Assembly (NCBI GenBank): GCA_039189765.1
Contig: JBCCYL010000024.1
Coordinates: 1-64,000, forward strand
Length of the DNA stretch: 64,000 nt
Source: Cyanobacteria bacterium P01_F01_bin.150
GTDB lineage: Bacteria > Cyanobacteriota > Cyanobacteriia > CAKZMO01
Direction: 5' to 3'
This document shows positions 58,075 to 64,000 of this stretch, piece by piece. The notes under the pieces are model-generated. The model had not been told where the DNA came from. It saw nothing but the letters and a program-made list of their open reading frames with translations, and did no database searches. Each line of letters starts with the position of its first letter. Within the stretch, counting starts at the first letter, position 1. The translations under genes and the position numbers were made by a program.

Positions 58075-61000
58075 CTATAGTTCTTGGACAGCCCCTAGCT
58101 GTTCCAATGTCGATATTTCAGACTCCGTCAGTCCTTCAATATCCGCAATATTCATGCCATCATAGGGTTCTCGGTTTTTGATGATCTTCAGACATTTGCC
58201 TGTTTCGACGGACCATAGACGAATGGTTTTATCATCGCTGCCGCTAGCCAGTGTTTTGCCATCAGGGCTAAAATCAACGGCCCATACCGTATTTCCGTGG
58301 CCATTCAGGACATATACTCGCTTCCCCGTCTGCATATTCCATAATCGGACCGTACGATCTGCGCTACCGCTGGCTATCCACTGGCCATCTGGACTGACCG
58401 CAACAGAAATCACCCAATTTTCATGCCCTTTGAAAATTTGCTCACAAGCTCCTGTACAGGTATCCCAACGCCTGATGGTTTGGTCCATGCTGCTGCTGAC
58501 TAAAAAGTCTCCTTGCGGAGAAAACGCAATGCACCAGATGCCGCTGCTATGGCCTTTCCAGGTCGCTACACAGTCATAGGTCTCTAGGTCCCAAAGCTTA
58601 ATGGTGCGATCATAAGATCCGCTGGCCAATAGATTTTTTTCAGGATGAAAGGCAACTGAGCTGACCCAATGCCGATGCCCCGTTAGCGTTTGCTTACAGT
58701 TGCCCGTACGTAGGGTCCACAGCTTGATACTCTGATCAGCACTGCCGCTGGCTAAAAGGGTCGTTGCTGGATTGAAGGCAACAGACCAGACCGATTTTGT
58801 ATGGCCTGAAAAGCGGCGGTGCGTTCTTTTTTTACTATTATTGGGTTGCTTATTGAGTCGCCATAGGTGTACTCCGCCATCTTCATTGCCACTGGCTAAC
58901 TGCTGTCCATTTGGGCTAAACGCAACAGTCCAGATAACTTCTTGCACCTCTTTTAGGGTCTCTGAGGTGTTCTCCGCAGCCATATTCCACAGGTGCAAGC
59001 TGCGATCGCCCTGACCACTAGCCAACTGACGACCATCCGGACTATACGCCAGGGTCCACACCCAGTTGCCGCTGCCCTGCAATGCCTTTAGACACTGGCC
59101 ACTGCCCCGGTCCCAGAGCCGCAGGGTGCGATCTTCGCTGCCGCTGGTCAAATAGTCGCCGTCTGGACTAAAGGCCACGGACCAGACCCAATTACTATGT
59201 CCGGTTAGCACCCTCAGACACTGGCGTGTTTTCACATCCCACAAGCGCACCGTCTGATCCGCACTGCCACTGGCCAGCAGGGTGCCATCGGGGCTAAAGG
59301 TCACCATCCAAATCCAGTTACTATGCCCCTCTAAGGTATGCAAACACTGTCCCGACGGCATTTCCCACAGGCGAATGGTTTGATCGGCGCTACCGCTGGC
59401 CAACTGGCTGCCATCAGGGCTAAAGGCAACCGACCATACGCCATGCTTATGCTCTGCTAGGGTCTGCAAACACTCCCCCGTAAGTGATGACCAGAGTCTA
59501 ATCGTGCAGTCGGCGCTGCCGCTGGCCAAGTAGTCTCCGTTGGGTGCAAAGGCAACCGACCAAATGCCGTGCCCGTGTCCGCCTAAAATCTGCCGACACT
59601 CCCCTGTCTCAATGTCCCACAAGCGTACAGTACGATCAGCGCTGCCGCTGGCTAGCACGGTGCCATCAGGGCTAAAGGCGACGGACATCACCCAGTTTTG
59701 ATGTCCGTCAAAGGTCTGTAAGCACTCCCCTGTCTCCACATCCCAAAGGCGTACGGTGCGATCAGCGCTGGCGCTGGCCAGCAAGATGCCATCGGGGCTA
59801 AACGCAACGGAGCACACCCAGTTCTGATGCCCTTCAAAGGTGGCGATGTGGGAGCCAATATCGCCAGTGGCTCCTGGTGATGATGCAGGGGTTAGGTGCG
59901 ATCGCCACAGCCAGATTTCGCCGTTTGTATCCCCCGTTGCCAGTAAATTATCTTCCGTTCTAAACGTGATGGCGCGAATGCTGCCAAAAGGCTGATTAAA
60001 CAATGAATGGGTCAGATCAGAGCCAGAAAAGTTGACGTTGTGCAGCGTCAGTCCCCGCAGTGAGGTTTGGCGAATGGTGAGGTTAGAAAAGTCGTAGCCC
60101 TTTAGATCGACCCCCAGATGGTGCAAAAGGGTCAGGACATTGCCGCCTAGATAGCTGCGATCGCGCGTTGGCAGCGATTGCACCGATTCCAGGCAATCAG
60201 TCAGGGTTGAGGCTAAGGCGTTTATTGACGACCATTCTGTCTGTAGCTGCGACCGAATGGGGCCTAAGATAAGGCGAATTTGCGCCTGGTAGATGTAGTC
60301 ACTGCTATTTGCTTTCACCAAACCATGGGACCGCAGTCGTTTAGGTGTTTGGCTCCGAATCTCCTCACACACTTGCTCGATCAGCTCACCGGTAAAGTAA
60401 TCCATAATGACCGCCTGCTGAGTGATGCGAGAGCCACTTTTTTCCAGCAACGAACGCCGCTCCAGCGAGTCTATGGCCTGCAATAGCTTGTTTAGCGGCA
60501 CGGTTTCTACCATATCGGTCTGTAGCGATCGCCACACCACAGGCTCTCGACGAATCGCTAGCCAGTACATAATGTCTTGTTCCAGCGTCGTTAAGCGCTT
60601 CATCTGTCGCGCTAGCAGTTGCCTAATATCGCCAAAAATAAACAGATCCTGCTGTGCTAATTCCAAAAAAGCAGAAAGGCTGCCATCGAAATAATCCCTA
60701 ACCGCTGCGGCAATAATCTTAAGCGCCAGAGGATTGCCACCATAGACGTCAATTAGCTGATTCCATTCCGCCTCGGTTCCTGAAAATGAACGATTCACTT
60801 GGTCCGTGGCCTTGATTAGCGCCTGCCCCGCCGTAATCGAAAGCCCCGAAAGCTGAAAGCTGCGGATTGGCGATGTATCGATCGCCTGAATCGAGATTTC
60901 CTTGGGTAGCTCACGGGAGGTCAGCAAAATGCTGCTGCTGTGGTCGGTTTCACTCAGGGTTTTTAGCAGTTGACCATAGTCTTCATAGCCTGGAAGGTAA

Positions 61001-61776
61001 ATACCTGCACCATCTCCTTCCCCAAATAACGATTCAACATTATCTAGAACAATTAGACAGCGATGATTTCGCAGGCAGGTCATCAAGGTTCGAATCTGAG
61101 CATCGATACTTTGAGTGGCACCATTATCAACCAGATCAACCATTGGCTGCTCAACAAAAAAGTTGAGTATACTCGCTAATATCTCCTGAATAGACGGGGC
61201 ATTTTTCAGACCACGCCATATTAAATAGTCAAAACGATCAGCGACTTGGTGCGCCAACTTTGCACTCAGCGTTGTTTTTCCCATGCCGCCGATACCACAG
61301 ATCGCCACAAGCCGACATCGGTCCTCAACCAGCCAGCTTTCCAGGGTTGTTAATACTTGTTCACGTCCAAAGAATACAGAACTATCGATCGCTTCCCCCC
61401 AATCTTGAGTCGCTTTGGCTGTAGCCTGATCTGTATCGCGTTGAGACGTATCTTTTTCAAGATTTTTTGGGGAAGCTTGGAGATTTTCTACTTCTCTTTC
61501 TTTGGAAGATCCTTCTTTGGAAGATAATCGTGAACTTGCTTTTGCCGGTAGCTCACGCTCTAAATCGGCAATATCTTCCCATTCCAGATTGAGCGTTGCG
61601 CAAAGTTCAGTAAATGTCGCAAAGTCAACAGGTTTGCCTCCTAAGAATTTCTTAACAGTTGCTAGGGAATAGCCTGCTCTTTCCGCTAAAGCACGTTGGG
61701 TTGGAAATCCGTTGCGTTGAATAGCAATGCGGAGGGTGTTCAAGCAGACTTGCTGGGCTTTGAGCGAACGAGGCAT
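58075..61776 (-). CDS. STAND NTPase: N-terminal XRE-type HTH - NB-ARC/AAA (Apaf-1-like) - ~13 WD40 repeats
   Basis: HTH ..FPTQRALAERAGYSLATVKKFLGGKPV..; P-loop ..VAICGIGGMGKTTLSAKLAHQ.., Walker B ..CLIVLDNVE..; C-terminal GH..V.SVAFSPDG..LASGS.D.T.RLW repeats. Confidence 0.85.
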   Translation of the reverse strand: MPRSLKAQQVCLNTLRIAIQRNGFPTQRALAERAGYSLATVKKFLGGKPVDFATFTELCATLNLEWEDIADLERELPAKASSRLSSKEGSSKEREVENLQASPKNLEKDTSQRDTDQATAKATQDWGEAIDSSVFFGREQVLTTLESWLVEDRCRLVAICGIGGMGKTTLSAKLAHQVADRFDYLIWRGLKNAPSIQEILASILNFFVEQPMVDLVDNGATQSIDAQIRTLMTCLRNHRCLIVLDNVESLFGEGDGAGIYLPGYEDYGQLLKTLSETDHSSSILLTSRELPKEISIQAIDTSPIRSFQLSGLSITAGQALIKATDQVNRSFSGTEAEWNQLIDVYGGNPLALKIIAAAVRDYFDGSLSAFLELAQQDLFIFGDIRQLLARQMKRLTTLEQDIMYWLAIRREPVVWRSLQTDMVETVPLNKLLQAIDSLERRSLLEKSGSRITQQAVIMDYFTGELIEQVCEEIRSQTPKRLRSHGLVKANSSDYIYQAQIRLILGPIRSQLQTEWSSINALASTLTDCLESVQSLPTRDRSYLGGNVLTLLHHLGVDLKGYDFSNLTIRQTSLRGLTLHNVNFSGSDLTHSLFNQPFGSIRAITFRTEDNLLATGDTNGEIWLWRSHLTPASSPGATGDIGSHIATFEGHQNWVCSVAFSPDGILLASASADRTVRLWDVETGECLQTFDGHQNWVMSVAFSPDGTVLASGSADRTVRLWDIETGECRQILGGHGHGIWSVAFAPNGDYLASGSADCTIRLWSSLTGECLQTLAEHKHGVWSVAFSPDGSQLASGSADQTIRLWEMPSGQCLHTLEGHSNWIWMVTFSPDGTLLASGSADQTVRLWDVKTRQCLRVLTGHSNWVWSVAFSPDGDYLTSGSEDRTLRLWDRGSGQCLKALQGSGNWVWTLAYSPDGRQLASGQGDRSLHLWNMAAENTSETLKEVQEVIWTVAFSPNGQQLASGNEDGGVHLWRLNKQPNNSKKRTHRRFSGHTKSVWSVAFNPATTLLASGSADQSIKLWTLRTGNCKQTLTGHRHWVSSVAFHPEKNLLASGSYDRTIKLWDLETYDCVATWKGHSSGIWCIAFSPQGDFLVSSSMDQTIRRWDTCTGACEQIFKGHENWVISVAVSPDGQWIASGSADRTVRLWNMQTGKRVYVLNGHGNTVWAVDFSPDGKTLASGSDDKTIRLWSVETGKCLKIIKNREPYDGMNIADIEGLTESEISTLEQLGAVQEL

Positions 61777-61926
61777 AGTTATCTAAATCGGTCAGAATTC
61801 AAGATCACTTTAAATCAAATTCTATATTTTTTGTGTCCAGTACCTCCTTCGAACACCATCTGAATCAACAAGATATTTAAGTCTCGCAGCGTTTGGTTCT
61901 CAAAGTGTCCCTGATTTAATTGCGAC

Positions 61927-62763
61927 TCATAACCCGAATTTTTTTCGTAGAATACTATCTAAGACTGCGTTAGGCAATATCCTTTTGATAAGGGGTAGCC
62001 ATAGACTTTTCTTGCCAAGGCGAATAACGGGTGGAGGAGACGGCTTTAGCAACTGTTTTACTAATGCTTGAGCGATCGCCCCAACCGGGCTCGCATCTGT
62101 TTGAGACGCATTCGCCCGATTAGCAATGGCCTCAGAGCGATTAGCATACCAAGAATCAGATTTGAGGAACTGTTGGACTGTTGCCGTTGCCGTCGCTCCA
62201 AAATTAGACTGCACGGCACCTGGCTGCACCAAAACCACCTGAATACCAAAGCTAGCAAGTTCCATCCTTAGCACCTCTGTCAGCGCATGAAGTGCAGCTT
62301 TGGAGGCACAGTAGGCTCCAGCAAAAGGAGTCGGCACAATCCCAGAAATACTGCCAATATTGACAATCAATCCCTTTCTCCCAGACGTATCATCCTGCTT
62401 TTTCATTTGGGACGCAAAGGCTTGGGCGATCGCCACCGGGGCAAATACATTGGTTGCAAACTGCTGCTCAAGAGCGGAGGTTGGAAGCTCAATAGTTGGT
62501 CCCATAAGACCATAGCCAGCATTGTTGATAAGAATATCAATGCGGTGGTGAGTAGAAATGACGTCCCCAAGGACTTGATTGATTTGGTGCCCATCCGTAA
62601 CATCCAGGCGAGCAATACTTATTCCCATTTGCTCAAGTTCGTGTAGGGGATCGAGCTGGCGAGCAGTGGCAATGACTCGACAGTTACTTTTATAAAATGT
62701 TTTGGCCAAAGCACGACCAATACCCGACGAACACCCAGTAATAAATACAACTGTCATAATCAA
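61927..62763 (-). CDS. SDR family short-chain dehydrogenase/reductase
   Basis: TGCSSGIGRALA Rossmann motif, catalytic YCASKAAL. Confidence 0.85.
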   Translation of the reverse strand: MIMTVVFITGCSSGIGRALAKTFYKSNCRVIATARQLDPLHELEQMGISIARLDVTDGHQINQVLGDVISTHHRIDILINNAGYGLMGPTIELPTSALEQQFATNVFAPVAIAQAFASQMKKQDDTSGRKGLIVNIGSISGIVPTPFAGAYCASKAALHALTEVLRMELASFGIQVVLVQPGAVQSNFGATATATVQQFLKSDSWYANRSEAIANRANASQTDASPVGAIAQALVKQLLKPSPPPVIRLGKKSLWLPLIKRILPNAVLDSILRKKFGL

Positions 62764-62792
62764 AGGTACATGTTTCGAAATTCTGTTGCCTG

Positions 62793-63134
62793 TTAACTAG
62801 ACTCAAAATCGGACATAGAGGGCGTCCATCGATACACCGATAGGTTAATTCTACCCTTAGCATCAAATTCAATACCTTCATCTTCCAGGAGCGCTCGCTG
62901 AGCGTAATCGGTTCCGTGGCGAAAAATTGAGTGAGAAATTTCCCCCTTAGCATTAATGACTCGTTGCCAAGGAATATCAGAATGTTTCATATCCACTTGG
63001 TAAAGCGCATAGCCCACAAGACGAGCCCGTCGGGGAAGATTTGCTAATTCGGCAACCTGACCATAAGTGGCCACTTTTCCCTCTGGAATCTGGCGAACAA
63101 CTGCGTAGATAGAGTCATAGCTCGACATAGCCAC
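62793..63134 (-). CDS. Alkyltransferase-like protein (MGMT DNA-binding domain, active-site Cys replaced: PWQRV)
   Basis: ..GKVATYGQVAELANLPRRARLVGYAL....DIPWQRVINAKG.. ; PCHRV->PWQRV indicates ATL rather than catalytic Ogt. Confidence 0.75.
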   Translation of the reverse strand: MAMSSYDSIYAVVRQIPEGKVATYGQVAELANLPRRARLVGYALYQVDMKHSDIPWQRVINAKGEISHSIFRHGTDYAQRALLEDEGIEFDAKGRINLSVYRWTPSMSDFESS

Positions 63135-63295
63135 GTCCTAAAGTCATCAAAATTCCTACGAGTATTGTAAGCGATCGCTTCAATGGCCGGTTACAGCTGC
63201 TTAGGAACGAAGATTTAATTACGTGTCAAACTTCTCTAAAGGTGCGTTACGCTGTCGCTTCACAGCACCCTACGCATTGATAAATTCTTAAATCC

Positions 63296-63877
63296 TCATT
63301 TCTTACCGTAGAAATTAAGCAACGATTGAACAAAAGCCCCTGCTGTTTTCCCCTTCTGGTCATCAGAGAAGCTGACATTATGCTGTTGAGTCCCGGTACG
63401 AATGCCAGAAGCCGTGTGGGGCGATCGCCACAGCTCCAGATGGGCAACAGCAGGTTCGGCATAAAAGTTATCGTAGGCAGGCCCCCAATGCAATGAACTC
63501 CAGTGGGTCCAAACATCATGGCTGACTCGATGAATGGGGAAGTCCCCGTACAATGGCACTCCCCAGCCGTCAACCGCAATTAGAGCGGTCACCTGGCCGC
63601 CTTGCGTTTGCCATTGCCGAGCAGCCCCAATACTTCCCACAACCCCTGCACTAAACCCAATAAACAAGATTGCCTGACTACCGTGACCCAAGGTAGAACC
63701 ATCAAGTCCGATGTGTTCACACTGCATATCTAAAAATGCTAAGACATGTTGTGGTGAATACACAGGAACCACTTGGCTAGGTGTGACCCAAGCCTTATCC
63801 AACAATGGTTGTACCGATCTAATAAACTCATGGGTAAAGGTAACAGAATGAATGCCAGGAACCACAAGAATGTTCAT
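63296..63877 (-). CDS. Alpha/beta-hydrolase-like hypothetical protein
   Basis: GxSxG ..GFSAGV.. with flanking hydrophobic beta-strand pattern; no closer assignment possible. Confidence 0.45.
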   Translation of the reverse strand: MNILVVPGIHSVTFTHEFIRSVQPLLDKAWVTPSQVVPVYSPQHVLAFLDMQCEHIGLDGSTLGHGSQAILFIGFSAGVVGSIGAARQWQTQGGQVTALIAVDGWGVPLYGDFPIHRVSHDVWTHWSSLHWGPAYDNFYAEPAVAHLELWRSPHTASGIRTGTQQHNVSFSDDQKGKTAGAFVQSLLNFYGKK

Positions 63878-64000
63878 TCAGATAGGCCACTTAAATAAAT
63901 TCTTTTTAGGGCAGGAACAAATTAACGTTAATTTGCGTCAGGCACAACCAGTATCACATAGAGGGCACTATGGGGTATTAGAAGACAAAATAATGTTGTT

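Noticed and set aside
1-64000. Searched for transposases, integrases, phage structural genes, toxin-antitoxin pairs, rRNA
   Set aside because: None recognisable in any frame; mobility signals are limited to the MITE-like element and small structured repeats

Overview
This 64-kb window looks like the chromosome of a filamentous, phycoerythrin-containing cyanobacterium. The palindrome GCGATCGC (HIP1) is abundant throughout, 7-17-nt tandem repeat arrays of the STRR type occur in intergenic and coding DNA, and the gene content is cyanobacterial (NDH-1 CO2-uptake operon, phytoene desaturase, pebAB). Coding density is high.

Main blocks, in order:
- A decayed small-gene region and a 215-bp MITE.
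- An SPFH/band-7 gene.
- Two adjacent, unusual tRNA genes.
- A giant protein with three TIR domains, one transmembrane helix and 14 WD40 repeats.
- S-formylglutathione hydrolase.
- The ndhF3-ndhD3-cupA-cupS high-affinity CO2-uptake operon, with a candidate NdhR operator.
- A FecR protein paired with a CHASE2 hybrid histidine kinase; a SPOR-domain protein; a GAF histidine kinase.
- An RND efflux pair.
- An AT-rich three-gene lipid island (pancreatic-type lipase, CFA synthase, Delta9 desaturase).
- A TauE/SafE exporter; an SRPBCC protein plus pds, whose 3' end carries a frameshifting 34-bp tandem duplication.
- An 11-kb glycoconjugate cluster: UDP-GlcA epimerase, histidine phosphatase, MsbA-like ABC exporter, GT2, GT4, two paralogous GT-B transferases and ugd.
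- An OmpR-type two-component pair; a GNAT acetyltransferase; a DUF697 GTPase with a repeat inserted in frame.
- pebA-pebB; DUF2237; a LarE-like PP-loop ATPase.
- An HTH-NB-ARC-WD40 STAND NTPase with a small AT-rich downstream gene.
- An SDR, an alkyltransferase-like protein and an alpha/beta hydrolase.

No transposase, integrase, CRISPR array or rRNA was found. The most unusual items are the triple-TIR transmembrane WD40 protein next to non-canonical tRNAs, the STAND NTPase module, a heptamer-repeat 5' leader shared by unrelated minus-strand genes, an ~80-nt hairpin repeat family whose stems co-vary between copies, the lipid island, and the pds duplication.
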